Origin: Selaginella moellendorffii
Lineage: Eukaryota > Plantae > Lycopodiophyta
Direction of reading: 5' to 3'
Assembly: GCF_000143415.4 (NCBI RefSeq)
Contig: NW_003314299.1
Location: 544,229-608,228 of the forward strand
Length of the DNA: 64,000 bases
Part shown: in pieces, positions 22,212 through 33,767 of the stretch
Numbering within the stretch: position 1 is the first letter of the stretch
How the letters are laid out: each line of letters starts with the position of its first letter
Made by a program: the position numbers and the translations under genes
The notes under the pieces: generated by a model
The model's input: the letters and a program-made list of their open reading frames with translations, nothing else
Database searches by the model: none
Told to the model about the DNA's origin: nothing

Positions 22212-23639
22212 CACTAGAACCCTAAGCTTTTCAAAATTTAGGGCTCCTCAACTGGCTATGGCGGGAAACGTAACTGATGGAACCATCAAGCAATGGGGGA
22301 ACTCTTTTTGACTCTCTTTAGCAAATCTAGACATCTTTCTTCATATATCATATACATAACTATAAAGTTGGAAGCTCCAGCTTTTATTGAGTAAATTTGT
22401 AGTTCTATGGTTTGCTTGAGTAAAACTAGTTTGGATGCTTGCTAGCAAAAATAATTTATTGTGCTAATGTTTAGTTTGTTATAGAAAGATTTAAAATATT
22501 AAAAATATAATAAAATTTAATAAGTGATGGCATTAGTGTTTTTAAAAATCAACATGGTTAATTAGTTTTATGAGGAATAAGTTGGACAGCCAGGATTCAG
22601 CCAGAACGATGGATTGTCTGTGACTAAGTGAATATGCATAGAATATATTCAAATAATATAAAACATTCTACTATCTAATGGTTATTATTTATTTAAATTA
22701 ATCTGACACATCCTAACAGAAGCCAAACTAATATCTCAGGTGATTAGCCATGCAATCCAGGGATATAAACTTTCCTAAACACTTCTTAGTATATTTTAGT
22801 TTATTTTAACATTTATTGGTTGATATGTAATAAGATAAATCTTTCATTTATAAACTATATTAATAAATAATAAGCACTACTATTAAGCAAACCAAACATT
22901 GCAACATGCAAAACACAACAATTTATTTTAACATCTGAATTAAATATAATAATATAAACTCAGTTGATTAAATAAAAACTCCCACTCACTTTTTAGGGCC
23001 CAAAATGCATGGTCTTTGAAAAAAAACATTTTTGATAAATTAATCTCCAAAATCATTATGTGAAGTCTACAATGTGCCCCAATTGCAGAGAGGATCTTTG
23101 CCAGCTCATCACATTTTAAAGTAGGCACTAGTGACTAGAAATATTAAAGGGTTCCTAAAGATTGCTGGCAGTATTAAAGTATCATGTTGTAAGCCCAAGG
23201 TCTAGATTTTGAGCTTCCCATCATATTTGGTGAAAAGAGCAAAACTATATTACTGTCTCAATGAGTGAGGGGATTTTAGATCCACATCACACGTTTCTAA
23301 GTTTGTAGCAGTTTGTAGGAGGTGTGGTTTCATCTGAAATTTACTTAACCCTTAAAACTATGTAGCAATGATAAGTATGAATATTAGTATTGGATGGCTT
23401 TTGCCACTAGCTAAGATTGTTGCTGTTACCACGATAGAAATGCAAAGCCAGAAAGAAAAGGAGATTTGTCAACTTGCTAGAAACAATAAACTTTGAATTA
23501 AGTGTTCATCCTTTTTCATGTTTATCCAGAGCAAACAAAAATACAGCAACATTTTCACAATTTCATGGCAAGTTTCAAGGCTTTCCTCCACAGACCCTTG
23601 GACCAGCTAGTAATCTCTTTGTCACTAAAGCAGCGAGTG

Positions 23640-24580
23640 AAAGAGGCATTATTGAGCTGACAGCCAGATGTGTACGTTGATGCCCTTGCTCTGATCAATA
23701 GATCTCAACTTTTGGGCTGGAGCTGGAAACAGACAGACGAAGGCCACATAGCAGAAGGAAGAAGGCAAAGCTGAGCCAATGTGCCACCACGCCACCCAAA
23801 ATCAATGGCATAGAATGAAAACCTCCTCAGAGATGTGGAGGCCAGTGCAGTGTCAGCAGCAGTGCGGCGGGAGAGTACAACTTGAGCTAGTCCACGGCAG
23901 TGCACATGCAAAGGTGGTCCGAGCTTGTAATCTTCTCATGGATTAGCTTGGCAGCGAAGCTCTTGTCACTCGCGACTTCTCCCGCGCTGGCAGCGTATGC
24001 CTGGCATGGAACGAACGCATTGCAAAAGTAGTCTTCCGGGATCTAGGGCGCAAATCTACATTGGCTTCGCAAGTTGATGGGCAGCATGTAGGAAGTATCA
24101 AGATGCCCGGAAAAGGCTTCTGCTGTGGTTATAGACGACCACAGCAATGCCGAGACCGCCTCAAAGGTAGTGGCTCTCCCGTAGTTCTTGGGTTGATCGT
24201 CGCGACCCCACGGTGGATCTCACTCCATCTAGTGAGAAATTTTACGAGGCTGTACTCGTCCATGATCACGTGTAGAAAGTGGAAGCCAATGGCCACTCCT
24301 CCACAGCCAAACGTTGTCACCTGGACTGGCATCAATGGCATCTGGGAGAGATCAGCATGACCACCGCGGCTAGAAAGCGAGAAATCGACCGAAATTGGGC
24401 ACTGCCTGATGTCCGACCACTCGTGTCAAGCCTCGCATCGCTCCTGGGTTCAATGAAGCTCACGCCCTGGGAGTTGACATTCACCTCGAGCTTGGAAGAT
24501 CCCTTGCCGTGGCAAATCCGGCCAGTGAGAACAGGGAACTCGGCCAGTGCTCCAATCCTATGCAAGGCGTGTCTTTAACA
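23640..24580 (-). pseudogene. BAHD acyltransferase pseudogene
   Basis: ALAEFPVLTGRI; VQVTTFGCGGVAIG..HVIMD (HxxxD); DYFCNA; FYAIDFGW (DFGWG). These lie in different frames with stops and deletions. Confidence 0.85.
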
Positions 24581-24755
24581 TTGCTAGTGACTTATCTTCT
24601 TGTCCAGAAAGAATTTATTATCTGCCAAGACAAGTCACTAACGTGGTAAACTATAATGAATTTGCAGATGACACTTGTCTGGAGACTAGCCATAGGTAAT
24701 TCACTAGGAATAATTCATAGAAGAAGCTGTTTTACACATTTGCCACGCTTAGAAA

Positions 24756-25112
24756 ATGAGGAAGAGTTTTGTATCAAATTTGTGTATTCTGCCCCTGCTT
24801 TGGAATTTAGGGGTATTGTGTTGCGAAGTTTGCAATTTCCTAGAGCTCAATGCCACCACCGTAGCTTTATCATGTGGAGACAAGGAGTTTCTCTTTGATC
24901 TCAAAAAACACATGAGTAATGTGGATGGGATCCTGAAATGTCCCGGTGGAAATTTTCAGAGTTCTTGTGCTTTTAAAGGTTACAAAGTTGAGATCGAGAA
25001 CCACGCTCCTAGGCTTTATTACACTGCTCACTGTAAAAACGAAATGGACACCTACGTGAAGACTAAGCTTGGCTTGAAGAAATGCTTTGGAGATTCAGAA
25101 GTTTGTATCTAG
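24756..25112 (+). CDS. Secreted cyanovirin-N homologue (CVNH) lectin-like protein
   Basis: Signal-peptide-like N-terminus. FDLKKHMSNVDGILKCPGGNFQSSC and AHCKNEMDTYVKTKLGL align by eye with cyanovirin-N IDLNSVIENVDGSLKWQPSNFIETC and AECKTRAQQFVSTKINL. Intronless. Confidence 0.78.
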   Translation: MRKSFVSNLCILPLLWNLGVLCCEVCNFLELNATTVALSCGDKEFLFDLKKHMSNVDGILKCPGGNFQSSCAFKGYKVEIENHAPRLYYTAHCKNEMDTYVKTKLGLKKCFGDSEVCI

Positions 25113-25294
25113 TCTTAAAAAACTCACTTTTTAAATTTTTTACAAATGCTGCTCTTCACAAGTTCTGTTGGAAGACTTGTTGGAACCAAATTATGGGAGT
25201 TTGGAGGATCTTTGAAAGAACACACAATGGATTTCATGGAAAAGATAAATTTTGTTCTACGAGCTTTCAAGAACTCTAAAGTTTCTTACGATTT

Positions 25295-27456
25295 CTATCT
25301 CCCTTGGAGAGATTCCATGAGCTGGGTGACTTGCTCCACTTGTTCGGGGCTCCGGCACGCCGAGAAGAGCACCCTCGCGGTCACAGCGTCGGCTCTACAC
25401 CCGGACTCGAGCATCTTCTTGAGGATACTCGTGCATTTCCTGTAGAGCTTCTTCTTGGCGTAGCCTCCCATCAAGGCCGTCCAAGTCGTGGCGTCCGGAA
25501 CGAGCTTGAGCCTCGCCAGTCCCTGGAAGAGCTCCTCCGCCTTGGGAATGAATCCCGCCTGAGCGTAAACTTGGATCAGCGTGTTGTAGGTACCAATGTC
25601 TGGCTTGGTTTGCTTGGACGACGATTTCACCATCTTTGCGAGGAGAGCTTCCATGTCCTCGTGCCTGCCGGAAACCCCATAGGCGTTGATGAGAGCGTTG
25701 TAGATCAGAGTGTCCGGCTTTGTTCCATCCCTCTCCATGGCGGAGACGAGCTCCTCGGCCTCTTCGACCCTCCCGGCTCTTGCATAGGCGCTCAGGAGGA
25801 GCATGTTGGACTTGAGGTTTGGAGAAAAGCCGGCGCTTTGCATGGACTTGAAAATCTTCTCGGCATCTGCAATAGAGGCTCTCTTAGCAAAACTTGGAAG
25901 TGGTCGAATGGGCTTTCGAAAGATTTTACCTTCATATAGCCCAGCTCGTCCATAGGCATTGATAAGAATGTTGTGAGAGACCGTGTCCGGGAAGCAGCCA
26001 TTTCTTTGCATTGTCTGGAAAATCTCGAGTGCCCCGGCCGGAGAACCTCCTTGGCTTAAAAAACAGCATTTTTCAAGGAAACAAAAATGGAAGGTTTCTA
26101 CTATACCTGTACGCTTCCATCAACGCGTTGTAGGCGTAGTGGTCGGGCTTGTAGTCGAACTCCTGCAGCTTGTCGAAGTATCTCTCGGCTTCTCGGTACA
26201 GCCCTTGTCTCGCAAAAGCGTTCATGAGAGCAGTGAATGTACAGATATTTGGAGGACACATAGCGCGCCTCATGCTTCTGTAAAGCATCTCCGCCTTGGA
26301 AGGCTCCCCTGCCTGATCATAGAGATATTAAAAACTTACCTTCCAAGATCTCTGTGAAGTTTAAACACTACCTTGCCATAGATGACAATCATCCGGTTGT
26401 AAGTGTCAATGTTTGGTTCGCACTCGTACTTCTCCAGGTCCCGGAACAAAGCTTCGGCCCTCCTGTATTCTTTCGCGTCTTCTAAAACGTGGAGAAAGGT
26501 GTTGCATGCCAGCGGCCCTGAAACAAAAGCCTGAGTAAAACTTAGTTCCCCCAACAGCGCAGAACAAAGGTTGTAGGCGTTACCAGGACTGTATCCCCGC
26601 TTTTGCATTTGGACGAAGAGTTCCTCGGCCTTTTCGAATGAGCCCGCAAGCCTGTAGCCATTTATCAGGACGCCGAAAGTTTCCTCGTTCGGAACACAGA
26701 GAGCCTCTTGCATCCGGTTGAAAGTCTTCTCAGCATCTTCTATGTTCAAGCTTTTCCCGTAAGCGTCAATCAAAAGATTGTAACAGCCGAGGTCTGGCCG
26801 AAAAGCGGTGCCTTGGAGCACCCACTCGCACATCTGGAGAAGAAAAAAACAAAAGTTTCATGAAAGTTGCAATGAAGGAACACTTACAAACCTGTGTAAC
26901 ACGAGGCCAGTCTTTGTAGTTCCAGAAGTGAACGACCACACTCATGAAATTATCCCACGTATCGTGACCTCTAGGCAGGTTGTCGAGTGCGTTCCAAATA
27001 GCCGTGGCGTCCTCTTGCATTCGTAGAAACTGCGCCAAGGAACTCGCGGCTGGGCTGAGAACGATGAGCTCAATCTCGGTAAAGTTCCGTCCTGTCTCGA
27101 GCCATGCCTTTCCATGTCTTGTACCTATACAAAAACATGAGATGCACAGTCCCGACATGGAAAACACGAAGCTCAAACCTTTCCTCCTCTTGGAGACTTT
27201 CTTATCCAGAAGGGGATTCTCAACCCGACGAAAGACCGGCTTGTTCTTCACTGGCTGGAGCTTGTCACGCTCAAAGATCTTCGAAGCACGGGGTATCAAT
27301 CGCTTCAGACAAGAATTGGAGCTCACATTCTCAAACCCAACTCTGAAAAATCTGCCTATGAGACTGCAATACAAAGGCACAAAATTAGCGAAGAAGCAAA
27401 AGTAGAGAGCTACAATACCATGAATCCTGCGGCTGTATTGGAGCTAGAATCGACAT
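25295..27456 (-). CDS. P-class PPR protein, At2g35130-like (multi-exon; start approximate)
   Basis: WDNFMSVVV..CEWVLQGTAFRPDLGCYNLLIDAYGK; PNICTFTALMNAFARQG; PNLKSNMLLLSAYARAG; ARVLFSACRSPEQVEQVT. Confidence 0.88.
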
Positions 27457-27758
27457 CCCAGTGTCACACGTACGCCACCATGTCCGTCACTAAGCCCTAG
27501 AAAATGGGAAAAAGGCATTGTTTTTTTTTTCTTTCAAATCGAAATAGCATATACCCTTTTTAACGAAGTAAGCGATAAGTATATTCCTTAGTTCCATGTT
27601 AGTTTATTGGTGGTTAAAAATAAACCTCCCCTAGATTTACTATGAGTGGCGAATAAGCTGGAATCTCCTTTTTTTTCAATGTTCTTTGGTTTTTATTTTT
27701 CTGGCAAGCTTGATGCTGCTACAGAGGCGACTGTAAAATCGTGCGTGTTTCTCTCGCC

Positions 27759-28710
27759 ACCTTGGTGTCTCCACTTATGAAACAAGCCTTGATAAAGGAC
27801 ATGTAGCAGATTGTATCAAGATGAAAACCATGCTTTTGCATATCGTTTAAGAGATCTCTTGCTTTTCCTTTCGTGCCCACCTATACATGGCAACAGAGTA
27901 AGAAAGAAAACTATCAAAGAGGAATCGCTTACCCGTCAAGCATAGTGCAGTACGTGATTTGATTATGTTTCAGTCCTGCATCAGTGATCTGTTGAAACAC
28001 TTCGGCTGCACCCTGCATGGCACCAGAGTTACAGCATGCCTTGAGTAGCGCACCATAGGCAACGACGTCGATCGCTAGATTTTCCTTCTTCATCCTTTGA
28101 AACATTCCAAAAGCCTTCTCGACATCGCCAGTACGTGCATAGCCCTCTGTAAGAGCTGTGTAGCTACGTTCGCTCGGAACAACATTGTTCGCGAGCATTT
28201 CATCAAGCATCAGACGCGCATTTTCCATCTGGCATGAAGCTTACATCAGAATTAGATCGACAAAGCATGCATGGCTACCTTGCAAGGCCGCGAAGTAAGG
28301 TGTTGTAAGAAAGAAGTCTCAGGCCTGCCGATTTGATCTTGTCGAAAACTTCCATTGTCTTTTTAATTTTTCCCAGTCTTCTGCTTCAGTGAGTTGTATA
28401 AGTTGAGGAAAGAATTTCTTCAGTCTGTTGCATGTTTCTAGCTTACGTATCAAACAAATAACTCAAGACTCTTTTGGTTAGTAACAAAATGCATCCTTTG
28501 TGTAGATGGAAATCGATCAGAAGCCCATACTCCGGCTAAAAAGAAACAGACAAGTGCCTTATCGAGCAAATCGAGACCTTATGCAAGTGTGCTCATCCAG
28601 AGCATCCTTTTTTACGTCATCGTCTAGTTTGGTAGCCAGCTTTTTTCCTACGAATTCCACTCGAAAAGCCTTTGTTCCTCCTTTTTCGCACAATAGGGAG
28701 ATTGAAGCTC
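27759..28710 (-). pseudogene. Internally deleted partial duplicate of the PPR4-like gene
   Basis: 27759-28247 is nearly identical to 31039-31535, including introns, with a frameshifting deletion near 27865. 28275-28710 has collinear eroded matches to ~31560-31670, ~32570-32820 and ~32970-33260. Confidence 0.88.
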
Positions 28711-29001
28711 AACACCCAATCCTTCTTCCTGCCTTTCCGAATGATTTCTGGAAAGGTGGGTGCAACCGGGAGGCAACCTTCTCGAACCTTTTCACCACAG
28801 TGGAAGGGCTATGCTCATGCCGTGCTACAATGCAAACGATGTAAAGTACCTACAGCCTGCCTACCCAAATTTTCATCACTCCCTTAGAGATACTTACAGA
28901 GACATTAAGCCTGCATTCCACACCTGCATTCCAAAAAATCCTCCTTCGCCAGGGCCTCCTGAAAAAGTTGACACTTAAGTTCTTTGTAAAATGTCTTACC
29001 T

Positions 29002-30616
29002 TCACTGAAGCCGCTGTCTTTTTGAAGAAGCGGCAGACATTTCCACCAAAGCTTCAACCCTGGCTGCCAGCGCGCGATCGACATCTTCTTTCATCCACTT
29101 GACCACCCTTGGACCGATGATTATCTTGAGGAGGGACTCGTAAAACAGCATGGGATGAGGCATCACCGCGCCACCTTCCTGACCAATATCTGGGAGCCTG
29201 TATGGCTGCAAACAAACCGTGTTCAAAACGAGGTTAAAACTATTGCTGGTAGAATAAATACCTGGTCATCAACGAAGGCATTTGCAACAACGTACTGCTT
29301 GTCAGGGTAGCTGATACCGGGATGAGACTTACACTTTGCCTGCATCCACTGTTGACGGGATGACAAAGCTTCTTCAAGCTTCGCCTTGGTGAACTTCACA
29401 TGGAAGTGCTCTGGATCTTTTCCAAGGAACTTCCATCGCTGGAACTGCTGCTCACGGAATTCTATTCATGTGGCACAAACATCAGCAGAAGGTTTGCAAG
29501 AGAAAGTAGTTTTCGTGGCTCACCTTTGTATGACTCGTCCGTGATTCGGCCTCCCTCGAGCGTCACAGATCCGTATATGTCAAGCAGGCCATATTTCCAT
29601 TCGTCTCGTGACCACTGCTGGACAAAAACTGGCGCAACCCGTCCTTTTCCGAGATTGATCAAGCCTTCCTTACAGGCGTAAGCAAGAGCTTGATACATCC
29701 CATTCACTGTCAGAGGCTAAAAACGAAACGGTGAGGAACTAAACCAAAATACAAAGCTCCTAGATACCTCCTTGCCTTCGATGCACAGCACAGTTATCCA
29801 CTCGTTCAATTCTGTCACACAAACCTTCACCGAGAAATCTTTCTCGGGTGTTCCATCCATGGACTGGACAGAGCCTGAAGCTGTCTCCATGTCTGGTTCA
29901 TCAGCAGCTTCCTCTGCGTCTGTTTCCTGCAAATGTAACTGCACGTTGAGCTCACACTCCTGCCATGGCTCATAAAGCTTGTAAGTTCGGCTCACTTTCA
30001 GCGAAAGACTTTACTTACGTTTGTAAGTGGCTCAACGGCAAGACCTGCCTGATCTCCGTCTCTTGGTACGGGGTAAGGAATGGGATAGGGATCTGGGAGC
30101 TCCTCGTCCTGTTCTTCAGACACAGTCGGGTCTTTTTCAATGCCAAGCCTGCGAAGCCTCTTGGCAAAGTTGGGTGACGGAGTCGTCAGGTACCAGCATC
30201 CAGACAGGAAACTCTGATGGTATGTCTTTAAAGTCATCTCACTTTTCCTGGACTTGCAAACACTTCGAACAAGACGCGCAAAACAAGAATAGGATAAGTC
30301 GTTTACCATGAGAACAACGAGTGACTGACCTAGCTTCAGCCATGGTGGTCCGGGACAGCATCTTGCCGATAGCGTAGGCGAGCACCTCCTTGTCCATCAA
30401 GCTCGACCGCACAGCGTCTGCGCTGGAGGTCTTCACCAACTTGACGAAGGGCTGATTGATGAGAAAGACTTCCTTGCTGTATTCACTCGGTGGGAACTTC
30501 AATGGATTCGTGATCCCCTTTCGATTACCATTCTTGACTTCCTCCTTGAGCGTGAGGAATGCAGCTAGAAGCTCGTCTCTTGACAAGGCGCTCACATCAA
30601 TCTTGTCTAGATCCAT
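29002..30616 (-). CDS. Orphan 6-exon protein with a PD-(D/E)XK nuclease-like motif
   Basis: GT-AG splicing joins MDLDKIDVSALSRDELLAAF.., KSEMTLKTYHQSFL.., PEKDFSVKV..VLCIEGKE|PLTVNGMYQALAYA..DEWKYGLL, EFREQQ.. and PYRLPD..KRQRLQ* into one open frame. The family call rests on motif pattern only. Confidence 0.65.
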
Positions 30617-30656
30617 GATTAGGAAACCTAGATAAAGCATTAAGCAAAATCGCGGA

Positions 30657-33628
30657 TCACGAGCACCTAGCTCTGCGCCTGAGATATCTGTCCATCTTTG
30701 CGACAACTGCGGCATCCACAACAACTTTCTGAGCTGCAATCTCGGCAGAAATAGCCTGAATCTTCTCGCCCAGTGTACTGTTTTGCGATGCGCAGGAAAT
30801 CAATCCAGATAAAAGGCAGTTGCTCAGAGCACTGTCAAGTTGGAGTCCACTGGCTTTTGCTTGTTCGTAGCACGAGATTGCCTGGTCCGGATCAGCAGCT
30901 GCTAGCCATCCATGAATGAGAGTCGTGTAAGTCCTTGCGTTTACTTCTAGCTTTTTCTCACGCATTACTGCCAGAGTCTCTGTCACCTCCTGCTATAGAA
31001 GAAAGGATCAAATGAGAAGATCGTTTTTGAGAAATCTCACCTCGGTGTCTCCACTTCTGAAACAAGCCTTGATAAAGGACGTGTAGCAGATTGTATCAAG
31101 ATGAAAACCATGCTTTTGCATATCCTTTAAGAGATCTCTTGCTTTGGAAAGCTCTCCCTTTCGTGCCCACCTACAAGGCAACAGAGTAAGAAAGAAAACT
31201 ATCAAACGGGATTCGTTTACCCGTCAAGCATAGTGCAGTACGTGATTCGATTATGTTTCAGTCCTGCGTCAGTGATCTGTTGAAACACTTCCACTGCACG
31301 CTGCATGGCACCAGATTTACAGCATGCCTTGAGTAGCGCACCATAGGCAACGATGTCGATCGCTAGATTTTCCTTCTTCATCCTTTGAAACATTCCAAAA
31401 GCCTTCTCGACATCGCCAGCTCGTGCATAGCCCTCTGTAAGAGCCGTGTAGCTTCGTTCGTTCGGAACAACCCCGTTCGCTAGCATTTCATCAAGCATCA
31501 GACGCGCATTTTCCATCTGCCATGAAACTTACATCGAGAAAGGAAGAAGAAACGTATACTTGGTTACCTGTCGCGCTTTCGCAAGGCCGCTGAGTAAGGA
31601 GTTGTAAGAAACAACCCCAGGTCTCAGGCCTGCCGTTTTAATCCTGTCGAAAACTTCCAGTGCCTTTTGGATATGTCCCCCTTTCACATATCCATCAAGT
31701 ATCGAGGTGTATGTTTCGATAGTTGGAAGAAGTCGGTTGGCTTGGATGTTTTCCAAAACACCAAGAGCTTTGTCCATGCGTCCAGCTTTACAGAACGCAT
31801 GAACCAGGATGTTGTATGTCACAATGTCTGGCTTAAGCCCGGCCGAAACCATATCTTCCCAGACTTTGAATGCAGCTGTAAAATCACCACCACGAGCGTA
31901 GCCGTCCATTATCATAGCATAGATCATCTTGTTGGGAGAAACTCCATGCTTATCCATTTCCTCCAAAATATCAAGAGCCTTAGCCATGTTTCCAGCCTGC
32001 CACAGAGCGCGTCAGCAACGTAAAGTATTCTTGGAAAAATCTAAACCTTCGTAAAAAGTTTGACAATGCAGCCGTATGTTGCGGCTGTTGGTGACAATCC
32101 ACAAGCCTGAAAGTTCTTAAACAGCTTGAAACAAATGCCCAATATCAAGTCACAGGACTCACCTTCAATCTGTGAAAGAAACTAAGACACTTCTCTTCGT
32201 CACGTATCTCTGCAAAACCATTAAGCACTGTGGTGTATAGTCCCAAGTTTCCTTGAAATCCTTCCTCTTCCATTTGTGCTAGTAAAGCTTCCACCGTTTC
32301 CATGTTCCCAGCTTGACTGTATCGAGAAAACTCGTCAAAGAGCACCAACCTAGAAAGAAACAAAGAGGCTTACCAATATGCTTGGACTATACTGTTGTAG
32401 ACGATCCCACCAGGAACGAGATTTTCGGCCTTGAATTTCTCAAACCAATGTTCTGCAGCCCTTGCAAAAATTGTCACGCTGTAAGAGCAGCAAGCCTTGC
32501 CTCAGTGCGAGAATCGTACTCGTTATTTCCAGCACTTGCATATCCCGATATGATCGAGCAGAATACTGCTTCATTGAGTTGTATGCCTTGGGAAAGCATT
32601 TCTTCAGTGCACGCTACAGCCCCTTCCATGTCTCTAGCTTCTGCATAAGCATGAATCAAACTGAAAGACAAAATACTCCTTCTGGTTTCAGTAACAAGAC
32701 GCGTACCTCGTGTAGATATGAACATTGGGCTTGATGTGAGAAGCTCGCATAGCTTCAAAAGTTGCTCGTGCAGCAACTTTGTCACCATGTCTCGCATAGA
32801 AATCGACCAAAAGCCCATACTCTCGTAGCACTGGCTGTAAAGAAAGTTGGAAAAAAGCGAACTAAAAAGAGAACAAGGAAAACAGTACCTTGTCGATCAC
32901 TTGAAAAGCGTTGACGATCTTATGCCAGTTACCAGCGTCAATTTCCATGGTCTCGCGGAATCTTTGAGCAGCAGGCTCATCCGAGCAGTCTCCATATTCT
33001 TCCTCTCCCTTTTGACGTGATTTTCTTCCATCGTCTAGTTTGATAGCCAACTTTTTTCCTTCGAATTCCACTCCATCAACCTCTGCAGCTTTAAGTGCAC
33101 AAGCTCCTGGACTGGAGCTTCCGTAGTAAACAAAGCAAAAGCCTTTGTTCCTCTCGGGATGATCGTGGCTGCGGATCCAGATAACATCCCTCACCGGACC
33201 AAAACGAGAGAAAAGCTCGACAACCTTCTCCTTTGTCACACCATAGGGAAGATTGCCAACAAAAATCTTTCCCACCCCACTTTCCAACTTCGCAGAATGC
33301 ACTGCGCAAACAATTCAAGCCTTTTTTTTGTTTCTGAGGCAATCATTGCCGATGAGCTAGAAAGCTTACCAATATCTTTCGCTTCTTCTTTGCCACATTT
33401 TTCTTCCTCGGCGAGAATTTTTTGCGGCTTCCCGAGCAGTGGAGGCAAGCTCTTCATCGCTTGCTCGTCACAGACAGTACCAATGCCGTGTCTGGCGAAG
33501 GGATTGGCTCGCCCCAGTGTCGGCTTACTGGCAAGGGCCGGGAAGCCCCGCTCATCCGCCATGGAATTTCCGGCGGCGGTACTGAAATCCATCCTCCGTC
33601 CCACATTGTTCCAGGAGGAGATATGCAT
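30657..33628 (-). CDS. PPR4: RRM-containing P-class PPR protein (At5g04810-like), multi-exon
   Basis: RRM KIFVGNLPYG..RNKGFCFVYY; LIHAYAEARDMEGAVAC; YAMIMDGYARGGDFTAAF; PGVVSYNSLLSGL; PNERSYTAL; YTSFIKACFRSGD; YTTLIHGW. Confidence 0.87.
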
Positions 33629-33767
33629 TCCTAGAGCCCTAGAATGAAATAAGAATTACTTTATTATAAATAACATGAAATCTATTATTCTAATTAGAAT
33701 GTAATTCGAATTAATATTAGTTATTATTATGAACTCGTATGAAGAAAATTTACTCAAAGCCTTAAGT

